NCBI GenBank assembly: GCA_016869765.1
Contig: VGES01000010.1
Location: 13,573 to 77,572 of the forward strand
DNA from: Alphaproteobacteria bacterium
GTDB lineage: Bacteria; Pseudomonadota; Alphaproteobacteria; SHVP01
Direction of reading: 5' to 3'
Length of the DNA stretch: 64,000 nt
Part shown: positions 56,279-64,000 of the stretch, in pieces
How the letters are laid out: the number at the start of each line of letters is the position of its first letter
Numbering within the stretch: the first letter of the stretch is position 1
Translations under genes and position numbers: made by a program
Notes under the pieces: generated by a model
Seen by the model: the letters and a program-made list of their open reading frames with translations, nothing else
The model's database searches: none
Told to the model about the DNA's origin: nothing

Positions 56279-57202
56279 CTAGTGAAAGGTCGGATGACCC
56301 TCGGCGATCCCCTCGGGGTCCTGATGGATGATCACTTCAGCCCCGGGATATGCGGCTCGGATCCGGCTCTCGACGTCGTCGGACACCTCGTGGGCGCGTT
56401 GCAGCGTCATGGTTGCCGGTAGCACCAGGTGCAGCTGAATGAACGAATCACGACCCGAGGTCCGGGTACGTAAGTCGTGGAGGTCGAGAACTTCGGGATG
56501 CGCCAAGGCGAGATTACGGACGCGCTCGCGCTGATCCTCCGGGAACTCGCGATCCATCAGCATGTCGTACGAACGACGCAGAACCCCGTAGGCGCTGTAG
56601 ACGACGATCGCGGCGATGGCCAAAGCCACCAGCGGGTCGGCGTAGAGCCAACCCAACGCATCGACCACGATGAGGGCGACGATGACGCCGGCATTCGTCA
56701 GCAGATCACCCACGAAGTGCAGCGAATCGGCCCAGATCGCCACCGAGCGGGTGCGACGGACGACATAGTACTGGAACGCCACCAGCCCCGCCGTGGCGAC
56801 GATCGAGAACACCATGACGGCGATGGCGATCCAACCGGCTTCGATGGGCTCCGGGCGCAGCAAACGCTGTATCGCCTCGATGATGAGAAACAAGGCCGAG
56901 CCGATGATGAACGCGGCCTGTGCGAGGCCGGCGAGCGACTCGGCCTTCCCGTGACCGAAGCGATGCTCCTGATCCGCCGGCTGCAACGCGTGTCGCACAG
57001 CCAGCAGGTTCACCAACGACGCCAGCGCATCGAGCGCCGAATCGATCAGCGTGCTCAGCATGCCGATCGACCCGGTGACGAGCCATGCCCCCAGCTTGGC
57101 GACGATCAGCGTGACTGCCACACCGACCGCGGCCCATGTGGCGGCGGCCATCAGGCTGGCGTTCGGAACCGGCCTCCCGGAGTTGGTCGCGTTCGATGTC
57201 AT
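56279..57202 (-). CDS. Cation diffusion facilitator (CDF) family metal efflux transporter
   Basis: ATG at 57202. Motifs: SALDALAS, HRFGHGKAE, DSLHFVGDLL. The track ORF is over-extended. Confidence 0.85.
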   Translation of the reverse strand: MTSNATNSGRPVPNASLMAAATWAAVGVAVTLIVAKLGAWLVTGSIGMLSTLIDSALDALASLVNLLAVRHALQPADQEHRFGHGKAESLAGLAQAAFIIGSALFLIIEAIQRLLRPEPIEAGWIAIAVMVFSIVATAGLVAFQYYVVRRTRSVAIWADSLHFVGDLLTNAGVIVALIVVDALGWLYADPLVALAIAAIVVYSAYGVLRRSYDMLMDREFPEDQRERVRNLALAHPEVLDLHDLRTRTSGRDSFIQLHLVLPATMTLQRAHEVSDDVESRIRAAYPGAEVIIHQDPEGIAEGHPTFH

Positions 57203-57204
57203 GA

Positions 57205-57786
57205 TCAGGGCGACAGGATACGCGCGATCCACGCCCCGTCGCGGCGGCGGTACTCGATCCGGTCGTGCAAGCGCGACGGACGCTCGGTCCAGAACTCGAT
57301 CAAGTCGGCGGTGAGGCGAAACCCGCTCCAATGCGGCGGACGGGGTACCGCACGACCGGCATGATGTTCGCTGATGGCCGCGACCGCCGCCTCGAGTTCG
57401 CGGCGGTCGGTGATCGGCTGCGACTGATGCGACGCCCAGGCGCCGATCTGGCTTCCCCGAGGTCGCGAGGCGAAGTACGCGTCGGCTTCGACATCGGCGA
57501 CCGGTGTCACGCTTCCCTCCAAGCGAACTTGGCGCCCAAGCGACTTCCAGTACAGGCATAGCGCCGCCCGCTGGTCGTGGCGCAGTTCATCGCCCTTGCG
57601 ACTATCGAGGTTCGTATAGAAGACGGGACCGCTCGGCCCCAAATCCTTAATGAGAACCATTCGCACCGCCGGCCCACCGTCCCGGCGGACGGTTGCCAAG
57701 GCGGCGGCGTTGGGGTTGATCGGCTCGGTTTTCTCGGCCTCGGCCAGCCAGCGCCGGCAAAGGCCCAGGGGATCGGCGTCGGTCAC
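57205..57786 (-). CDS. pdxH: Pyridoxamine 5'-phosphate oxidase
   Basis: 193 aa. RMVLIKD, FYTNLDSRKG, IEFWTERPSRLHDR. Confidence 0.9.
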   Translation of the reverse strand: MTDADPLGLCRRWLAEAEKTEPINPNAAALATVRRDGGPAVRMVLIKDLGPSGPVFYTNLDSRKGDELRHDQRAALCLYWKSLGRQVRLEGSVTPVADVEADAYFASRPRGSQIGAWASHQSQPITDRRELEAAVAAISEHHAGRAVPRPPHWSGFRLTADLIEFWTERPSRLHDRIEYRRRDGAWIARILSP

Positions 57787-57983
57787 GAACCAGGTCCTCT
57801 CGGGGTCGCGGAAGATCGCCCAACTTCCGCCGAAATCGCGACGTTACATGAAGGCGTTGAGGCGGGATTCACGGCAGGCCTTTCTCGCTCTATATAATCA
57901 GTTGGTCGACACGGGCCAATGCGCGCGCGACGACCAGGGGCCGCATCTCGAAACCCATTTTGTTACGCGAAGGAGTGCAAAAG

Positions 57984-58457
57984 ATGTCACTAACGAAAAT
58001 GGCGATCGTGGCCGGGCTCGGCTTGGCCCTCGTCGCCTGCGAAGGCGCCGGCCCGAAACAAGGGGTCGGCACCGTTGTTGGCGCCGTCGGCGGCGGTGTA
58101 GCGGGTGCCCAGTTCGGCCGCGGGCAGGGGCAATTGATCGCGACCGCGGCGGGCGCCCTGCTTGGTGCGTTCCTCGGTGGCGAGGTCGGCAAGTCGCTCG
58201 ATCGCGCCGACCGCCTGAGCATGGAACGGACGACGCAGCAGACCCTCGAGCGTACCCCGACCGGGCAGGCGAGCGAGTGGCGCAACCCCGACAGTGGAAA
58301 CTCTGGCACCGTGACGCCGACCCGCACCTATCAGAAAGCGAGCGGCGAGCAGTGCCGCGAATTCACGCAAACCGTGAGCGTCGGCGGCAAATCCGAGCAA
58401 GCGTATGGCACGGCGTGCCGTCAACCCGACGGTACTTGGAAGATCGTCAGCGGCTGA
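57984..58457 (+). CDS. Outer-membrane lipoprotein, 17-kDa surface antigen / glycine-zipper family
   Basis: AAGGAG RBS, lipobox LALVAC, glycine zipper GAVGGGVAGAQFG...AAGALLGAFLGG, and a C-terminal CREF...GTAC module. Confidence 0.75.
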   Translation: MSLTKMAIVAGLGLALVACEGAGPKQGVGTVVGAVGGGVAGAQFGRGQGQLIATAAGALLGAFLGGEVGKSLDRADRLSMERTTQQTLERTPTGQASEWRNPDSGNSGTVTPTRTYQKASGEQCREFTQTVSVGGKSEQAYGTACRQPDGTWKIVSG

Positions 58458-58461
58458 GCGA

Positions 58462-59973
58462 GTGACCGACGCGATCGATCCAAGTCCGAACGACGAATGG
58501 AAACGGCCCCGCGGGAGCCACCGCGGGGCCGTCCTTCTCTTGGGCTTGCTGCTGGTCGCCACGCCGGCCCACGCCGATTTCGATGCCGGTGTGCGGGCCT
58601 ACGACTCCGGGGACTTCGTGACGGCGTTCAACGAGTGGCTGCCGCTCGCGCGTTCAGGCGACGCTGCTGCACAACGCAATCTCGCCCATCTCTATCGGCT
58701 CGGCCGCGGCGTTCCTCAGGACTTTCAGGTCGCGGCCAACTGGTATCGCCAAGCGGCCGATCGCGGTCTGACGCGCGCCGGCGCCAATCTCGCGACCATG
58801 TACCTGCGCGGCCAAGGCGTCCCGCAGAACGCGCAGCGTGCGGCAGCATGGTTCATGCGCGCCGCGGTCGATGGCCATGCCATCGCACAGTTCAACCTGG
58901 CCCTGATGTATGACCGAGGCCTCGGTGTGAGCGAGGACGAGGCTCGCGCCGCCGGTTGGGCGCAACTTGCCGCCGAGGCGGGCCACGAGCGGGCTCTGGA
59001 ACTCATGGCCGGGTACCGCGATCGCAACGTCGACGGCCTGCCGCTCGAAATACTACGGGACGATCCCGGGTTGTCCGAGGCGCGCCTGTTCGAACCCGAC
59101 ACGGAAGAGGAGATCGCCGCCGCTGCCCCGGCGCGGCAGGCGGCTGCCCCGCCGTCGAGCGCGCCGCGCGCCAGCCCGCCGACAGCTTCGGCACGGACCG
59201 AATCGGGACGGTCTCGCCGTTCACCGCTTTCCCCCAATCGCGATGACGATGATGGAGAGGAGGAAGATCCCTTTGCTGCCAAAGGGCCTGCGGCCGACAA
59301 ACCAGCGGAAGCGCCGGCCCGGCCGGCCGCCCGGTCTCCCGCCCCGCCGCGAACCGCCGCCGCCCCGCGATCGAGCGCGCCGGCCTCCCCGACTGCCGCG
59401 GCTTCAACCACCTCGACCGCCGTCGCTCCGGCGGCGCCGAGCCCGCCCCGGCCCGATCCGGCGGGCGATGCCAAACCACCGGCCGAAGCGCTGACGCCCG
59501 CGCCCGAGCGCACCGAAGGCGACGACAACCTCGGGGCCGACGACGAAACCGCCCCGATGAACCAGGCCGCGGTCGCTGCCCCGACGCCGCCCCCGCCCAG
59601 GGTCCCATCAGCAGCAGCCCCGGCACCGGCCGCACCGCGCAGCGCAGCGCTGCCGCGCGATGACGCCGCGCTGGTGGCGGAGGGGCTCGAAGCCTATCGA
59701 CGACGGGACTTCCGCGCGGCCATGGAAGTCTGGCTGCCACTGGCGCGGACCGGCTCGGCTGATGCCCAGTTCTATGTCGGCGGTCTCTACATGGACGGGT
59801 CGGGCGTGCCCGAGGACGTCGTGCAAGCCCATGCCTGGTGGAAGCTCGCCAGCGAGCAGGACCACGCTCGGGCCAAGGAATTTCTCACCCTCGTCAAGTC
59901 CGTGATGGACGACGATCAAATCAAGAAGTCGGACGAGCTCGCCGAGCGTTTGCGTCCGGCCCGCCGACCCTAG
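58462..59973 (+). CDS. Sel1-repeat (TPR-like) protein with long Pro/Ala-rich linker
   Basis: Sel1 repeats are AAQRNLAHLYRLGRGVPQD, AGANLATMYLRGQGVPQN, AQFNLALMYDRGLGVSED and, C-terminally, AQFYVGGLYMDGSGVPED. About 170 aa of P/A-rich spacer. In-frame GTG at 58462 chosen as start. Confidence 0.7.
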   Translation: MTDAIDPSPNDEWKRPRGSHRGAVLLLGLLLVATPAHADFDAGVRAYDSGDFVTAFNEWLPLARSGDAAAQRNLAHLYRLGRGVPQDFQVAANWYRQAADRGLTRAGANLATMYLRGQGVPQNAQRAAAWFMRAAVDGHAIAQFNLALMYDRGLGVSEDEARAAGWAQLAAEAGHERALELMAGYRDRNVDGLPLEILRDDPGLSEARLFEPDTEEEIAAAAPARQAAAPPSSAPRASPPTASARTESGRSRRSPLSPNRDDDDGEEEDPFAAKGPAADKPAEAPARPAARSPAPPRTAAAPRSSAPASPTAAASTTSTAVAPAAPSPPRPDPAGDAKPPAEALTPAPERTEGDDNLGADDETAPMNQAAVAAPTPPPPRVPSAAAPAPAAPRSAALPRDDAALVAEGLEAYRRRDFRAAMEVWLPLARTGSADAQFYVGGLYMDGSGVPEDVVQAHAWWKLASEQDHARAKEFLTLVKSVMDDDQIKKSDELAERLRPARRP

Positions 59974-59984
59974 CGTGCCGACCG

Positions 59985-60878
59985 ATGCGTGATCCTTACG
60001 ACGTCCTCGGCGTCGCCCGCGGCGCAACCGACGCCGAGATCAAGAAGACCTATCGACGCCTGGCCAAGTCCCTCCACCCCGACATGCATCCGGGCGATCG
60101 CAAGGCGGCGGACCGCTTCAAGGAGGTCACCGCCGCCTACGACCTGCTCGGCGACCCCGAGAAACGCCAGCGCTTCGATGCCGGCGAGATCGATGCCGCC
60201 GGTAACGAACGACCGAAGTTCCACCAGGCGGGCGGCCCAGGGCGCCAGCAGGGCCCGTTCGGATTCGGATTCGGCAACAACCCCGAGGAGATCTTCGCCC
60301 AGTTCTTCGGCGGTCGCCGGCGTGGCACGGCGCGGATGGCGGAAGACGATGAGGCGCCCGTCGCCCGCATGAGCCTGTGCATTCCATTCCTCGACGCCGT
60401 GCGTGGCACGACGCGCAAGATGGTGCTACCCGGCGGACGCGAGCGCGAGGTTCGCCTCCCCGCAGGCATCAGCGACGGCCAAACGCTGCGCGTTCGCGGT
60501 GAACCCGACGCTCCGATCCGCGGCGACATCCGTCTCGAGATTCGCGTCGACCCTCATGCGTTCTTTCGCCGGGACGGTGACGACATCCACATCGACCTTC
60601 CCATCACCCTGCGCGAGGCGATCCTCGGCGCCAAAGTGGCCGTTCCAACGGTCGAAGGCGCGGTGATGATGAACGTGCCGCGCGGGACGAATTCGGGAGC
60701 GACGTTGCGGTTGCGCGGCAAGGGCGTGCAACGCCAACGACAACGCATCCGGGGCGACCAACTCGTCCATCTGGTCGTCACGATGCCCGATGTCGTCGAC
60801 GACGAGCTGCGCCGTCTGATCGAGGGATGGGAAGCGAAACACCCCTACGACCCCCGCCGGAAGCTGGGCGACGGCTGA
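59985..60878 (+). CDS. DnaJ-class co-chaperone without zinc finger (CbpA-like)
   Basis: J-domain DPYDVLGV...YRRLAKSLHPD (HPD), a G/F region, and C-terminal substrate-binding domains. Confidence 0.8.
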   Translation: MRDPYDVLGVARGATDAEIKKTYRRLAKSLHPDMHPGDRKAADRFKEVTAAYDLLGDPEKRQRFDAGEIDAAGNERPKFHQAGGPGRQQGPFGFGFGNNPEEIFAQFFGGRRRGTARMAEDDEAPVARMSLCIPFLDAVRGTTRKMVLPGGREREVRLPAGISDGQTLRVRGEPDAPIRGDIRLEIRVDPHAFFRRDGDDIHIDLPITLREAILGAKVAVPTVEGAVMMNVPRGTNSGATLRLRGKGVQRQRQRIRGDQLVHLVVTMPDVVDDELRRLIEGWEAKHPYDPRRKLGDG

Positions 60879-60992
60879 GGGTCCCAGTGGCCGTGCGTTT
60901 GACCGCCGGGTCGGTTCGTGTACCATGCCGCCAGCCTGCCGCCACGGGCCGCATTGCGGCCGCCCGCCTGCGTCGGTTTTCGGAGTCCTAGG

Positions 60993-61856
60993 ATGAACAC
61001 GCCAGCCCCTCTGATGGAAGGCAAGCGCGGCTTGATCATGGGCGTTGCCAACGATCGTTCGTTGGCGTGGGGCATCGCCCGCACGATCGCCGCGCATGGC
61101 GGCCAGTTGGCATTCACCTATCAGGGCGACGCGCTTGGCAAGCGGGTTCGCCCGTTGGCGCAAAGCGTTGGCTCGGACATCGTCCTGCCTTGCGATGTGA
61201 CCGACGATGCCAACGTCGACGCGACGTTCGCCGAGATCGCGAAGCGCTGGGGCACGATCGACTTCCTGGTTCACGCCATCGCGTACTCCGACAAGGAGCA
61301 GCTCAAAGGGCGCTACCTCGATACGACGCGTGAAAACTTCGCCATGACGATGAACGTCTCGTGCTTTTCGTTCACCACGGTCTGTCGGCGCGCCGAAACG
61401 CTGATGCCCAACGGCGGCAGTCTGCTGACGCTGACCTACTACGGCGCCGAAAAGGTGATGCCGCACTACAACGTCATGGGTGTGGCCAAAGCGGCGCTCG
61501 AAGCGAGCGTTCGCTACCTGGCGGTCGACCTCGGCGGCAAGGCGATCCGCGTCAACGCCATTTCGGCGGGCCCGATCAAGACCCTGGCGGCGAGCGGGAT
61601 CGGCGATTTCCGCTACATCCTGCGCTGGAACGAGTACAACGCCCCGCTCAAGCGCACCACGACCATCGACGATGTCGGTGGCGCGGGTCTCTATCTGCTG
61701 AGCGACTTGGGCCGCGGCGTGACCGGCGAAGTGCATCACGTCGATTCCGGCTACCATGTCGTCGGCATGAAAGCGGTCGACGCGCCGGACATTGCCGTCG
61801 TGCTCTCGGGCGGGGACGAAGCCGCCACCCCGCTACGCGGCCGCGCCAGCGGCTGA
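60993..61856 (+). CDS. fabI: Enoyl-[acyl-carrier-protein] reductase (NADH)
   Basis: GKRGLIMGVANDRSLAWGIA, the YNVMGVAKAALE Tyr/Lys motif, and AISAGPIKT. Confidence 0.9.
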   Translation: MNTPAPLMEGKRGLIMGVANDRSLAWGIARTIAAHGGQLAFTYQGDALGKRVRPLAQSVGSDIVLPCDVTDDANVDATFAEIAKRWGTIDFLVHAIAYSDKEQLKGRYLDTTRENFAMTMNVSCFSFTTVCRRAETLMPNGGSLLTLTYYGAEKVMPHYNVMGVAKAALEASVRYLAVDLGGKAIRVNAISAGPIKTLAASGIGDFRYILRWNEYNAPLKRTTTIDDVGGAGLYLLSDLGRGVTGEVHHVDSGYHVVGMKAVDAPDIAVVLSGGDEAATPLRGRASG

Positions 61857-61883
61857 TCGAGGCCGCCCCCGGCAGGCGCCCCC

Positions 61884-62954
61884 ATGTCGCACAACACGTT
61901 CGGTCATCTGTTCCGGGTCACGACCTGGGGCGAAAGCCACGGACCCGCGATCGGGGCGGTGGTCGACGGCTGCCCGCCTCTGATCCCGCTGGATGAGCGC
62001 GATCTGCAAGTGTGGCTCGACCGTCGGCGACCAGGGCAGTCGCGATTCACGACGCAACGGCGCGAACCCGATGCCGTCCGAATCCTGTCCGGGATCTTCG
62101 AAGGGCGGACGACGGGCACGCCGATCGGCCTCGTCGTCGACAACGTGGATGCCCGTTCGCACGACTATGGCGACCTCGCCGATCGTTACCGTCCGGGTCA
62201 CGCCGATTACACCTACGAGGCCAAGTACGGCGTCCGCGATCATCGGGGCGGCGGGCGGCAATCGGCCCGTGAAACGGCGATGCGGGTCGCCGCCGGGGCG
62301 ATCGCGCGGAAGGTTCTCGGACCGTCGATCACCATTCGCGGCGCGCTGGTGCAGATCGGGCCGCATGCCATAGATCGGGCACGCTGGGATTGGGCGGAGA
62401 TCGAACGCAATCCGTTCTGGAGTCCGGACTCAGGCGCCGCGACGCGGTGGGAGAGTTACCTCGACGAGGTGCGCAAGCGCGGTTCTTCCGCTGGTGCCGT
62501 CATCGAAGTGACGGCGAGTGGCGTGCCGGCGGGTTGGGGCGCCCCAGTCTACGGCAAGCTCGACGCCGACCTCGCGCAGGCGATGATGAGCATCAACGCG
62601 GTCAAAGGCGTGGAAATCGGCGCCGGGTTCGCCGCCGCTGCCCTCTCCGGCGAAGAGAACGCGGACGAAATGAGGATGGCTGGCGGCCGGGTGCGCTTCG
62701 AGTCCAATCACGCGGGCGGAATCCTTGGCGGCATTTCGACGGGGCAAGACATCGTCGTGCGCTTCGCGGTCAAGCCAACGTCATCGATCCTGACACCGCG
62801 GCGCACCGTCACCCGGAGCGGGGCCGAAGCCGAGGTTTCAACCAAGGGTCGGCACGACCCCTGCGTCGGCATCCGGGCCGTTCCCGTCGGCGAGGCCATG
62901 ATGGCCTGCGTCCTGGCCGACCAGTTCCTGCGTCACCGCGGCCAAGTCGGCTAG
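61884..62954 (+). CDS. aroC: Chorismate synthase
   Basis: 356 aa. [38 protein letters not shown]. Confidence 0.95.
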   Translation: MSHNTFGHLFRVTTWGESHGPAIGAVVDGCPPLIPLDERDLQVWLDRRRPGQSRFTTQRREPDAVRILSGIFEGRTTGTPIGLVVDNVDARSHDYGDLADRYRPGHADYTYEAKYGVRDHRGGGRQSARETAMRVAAGAIARKVLGPSITIRGALVQIGPHAIDRARWDWAEIERNPFWSPDSGAATRWESYLDEVRKRGSSAGAVIEVTASGVPAGWGAPVYGKLDADLAQAMMSINAVKGVEIGAGFAAAALSGEENADEMRMAGGRVRFESNHAGGILGGISTGQDIVVRFAVKPTSSILTPRRTVTRSGAEAEVSTKGRHDPCVGIRAVPVGEAMMACVLADQFLRHRGQVG

Positions 62955-62979
62955 GTGGCGCCACCAACGAGGCAACGCG

Positions 62980-63552
62980 ATGTCTTCTGCCACCCACGCG
63001 CTCGATTTACCAGAACCGCGCCGTGACCAACTCGATCCCGACCACCAGGCCTATTTCAAGAAGTGCGAAGAAAAGCTCGGATTGGTGCCGCACGTGTTGC
63101 GCGCCTATTCGTGGAACCAGAAGAAGCTGCGCGCCTTCGCCGCCTACTACAACGAACTGATGCTGGGCGATTCGGGCTTGAGCAAACTCGAACGCGAGAT
63201 GATCGCGGTGGTCGTCTCCTCGATCAATCATTGCTACTACTGCCTCGTCGCCCACGGCGCCGCGGTTCGCCAGTTGTCGGGCGACCCGGCGCTCGGCGAA
63301 CAATTGGTCATGAACTACCGGGCCGCCGCGTTGAGCCTGCGCCAGCGCGCCATGCTCGACGGCGCGTGGGCCCTCACCACATCACCGTCGACCTTCGGGG
63401 CCGACGACCGGGCGCGGCTGCGGGCGGCGGGACTTAGCGACGCCGACATCTGGGATCTTTGTGACGTCGTCGGCCTGTTCAACATGACCAACCGGGTCGC
63501 CGCGGGCGTCGAAATGACGCCCAACCCCGAGTACCACGCGATGGCGCGCTAA
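62980..63552 (+). CDS. AhpD-like / carboxymuconolactone decarboxylase-family peroxidase-related protein
   Basis: 190 aa. The CxxC motif INHCYYCLVAH is typical of the peroxidase-related CMD family. Confidence 0.7.
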   Translation: MSSATHALDLPEPRRDQLDPDHQAYFKKCEEKLGLVPHVLRAYSWNQKKLRAFAAYYNELMLGDSGLSKLEREMIAVVVSSINHCYYCLVAHGAAVRQLSGDPALGEQLVMNYRAAALSLRQRAMLDGAWALTTSPSTFGADDRARLRAAGLSDADIWDLCDVVGLFNMTNRVAAGVEMTPNPEYHAMAR

Positions 63553-63562
63553 CGCCGGCCGA

Positions 63563-64000
63563 TCACTTTTTCCGCAGGACCGCTACCAATTCGACGTGCG
63601 GCGACCATAGGAACTGGTCGATCGGCGTGACGCGGTCGAGTTTGTAACCACCGTCGACGAGGGTCCGGGCATCGCGCGCGAAGGTGGCGGGATTGCAAGA
63701 CACGGCCGCGATGGTCGGCACCCGCGACTTGGCGAGAGCTTCCGCCTGTACCGGCGCCCCGGCGCGCGGCGGATCGAACACCACCGCTTCGAACCGCCGC
63801 AGATCTTCGCCCAATAGGGGACGCCGGGTGAGATCGCGTTGCTCGACGGTGAGCCGCCGCGGCGGATCGCCGCGCAAATTCTGCACCGCCTGTTTCAGCG
63901 CCGAGACCATGGCGAGATCGCCATCGACGCCGTGCACGACGTGATCCTTGGCCAACGGCAGCGCGATCGTGCCCAGGCCGCAGAACAGGTCGGCGACGCG
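63563..64000 (-). CDS. RNA (uracil-5-)-methyltransferase (RumA/TrmA family), C-terminal part; gene continues beyond the right edge
   Basis: VADLFCGLGTIALPLA (SAM loop), FDPPRAG, SCNPATFARD, and DQFLWSPHVE near the end. The frame is open to position 64000. Confidence 0.75.
   Translation of the reverse strand, partial: RVADLFCGLGTIALPLAKDHVVHGVDGDLAMVSALKQAVQNLRGDPPRRLTVEQRDLTRRPLLGEDLRRFEAVVFDPPRAGAPVQAEALAKSRVPTIAAVSCNPATFARDARTLVDGGYKLDRVTPIDQFLWSPHVELVAVLRKK

Noticed and set aside
59090-59640. Pro/Ala-rich DNA stretch considered as a tandem DNA repeat
   Set aside because: It is in frame inside the Sel1-repeat protein and reads as a low-complexity P/A linker. No exact DNA periodicity was seen.

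Overview
High-GC chromosomal window that looks alphaproteobacterial, with about 70 genes. Most are housekeeping: ppdK, glyQ/glyS, pyrC, ispB, fabI, aroC, pdxH, an LPS-core glycosyltransferase operon and tRNA-Pro(CGG). The stand-out locus is at 0.9-8.9 kb. The SOS mutagenesis cassette imuA-imuB...dnaE2, preceded by a triple GTTC-N7 LexA-type box, is split by a roughly 5.6 kb insertion of visibly lower GC placed exactly in the imuB/dnaE2 junction. The insertion encodes one full-length M23/LytM-like peptidase protein, a truncated second copy, and five paralogous single-pass membrane proteins with Cys-rich extracytoplasmic domains, one of them frameshifted. These form two cassettes. Each cassette is headed by a copy of the imuB 3' end/junction sequence, and most genes are chained to imuB by ATGA/GTGA stop-start overlaps. 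I read this as a previously undescribed polymorphic toxin/immunity-like array (function unproven) riding on an SOS-regulated operon, with orphan-cassette displacement scars. Secondary observations: (1) four tandem genes carrying seven alpha/beta-hydrolase-fold domains, all with G-D-H-T-G in place of GxSxG, upstream of a DMT transporter and a bicupin; (2) a Fic gene behind an AT-rich region with iterated TCGAAAAT motifs; (3) a 21-nt duplication of the ppdK 3' end flanking a 194-bp non-coding insert; (4) two proteins with degenerate class III cyclase-like domains; (5) a parDE toxin-antitoxin pair; (6) REP-like nested palindromes. Function calls come from by-eye motif recognition on the supplied translations, and no database search was run. 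Many long ORFs in the track are antisense or out-of-frame shadows typical of GC-rich DNA and were not called.
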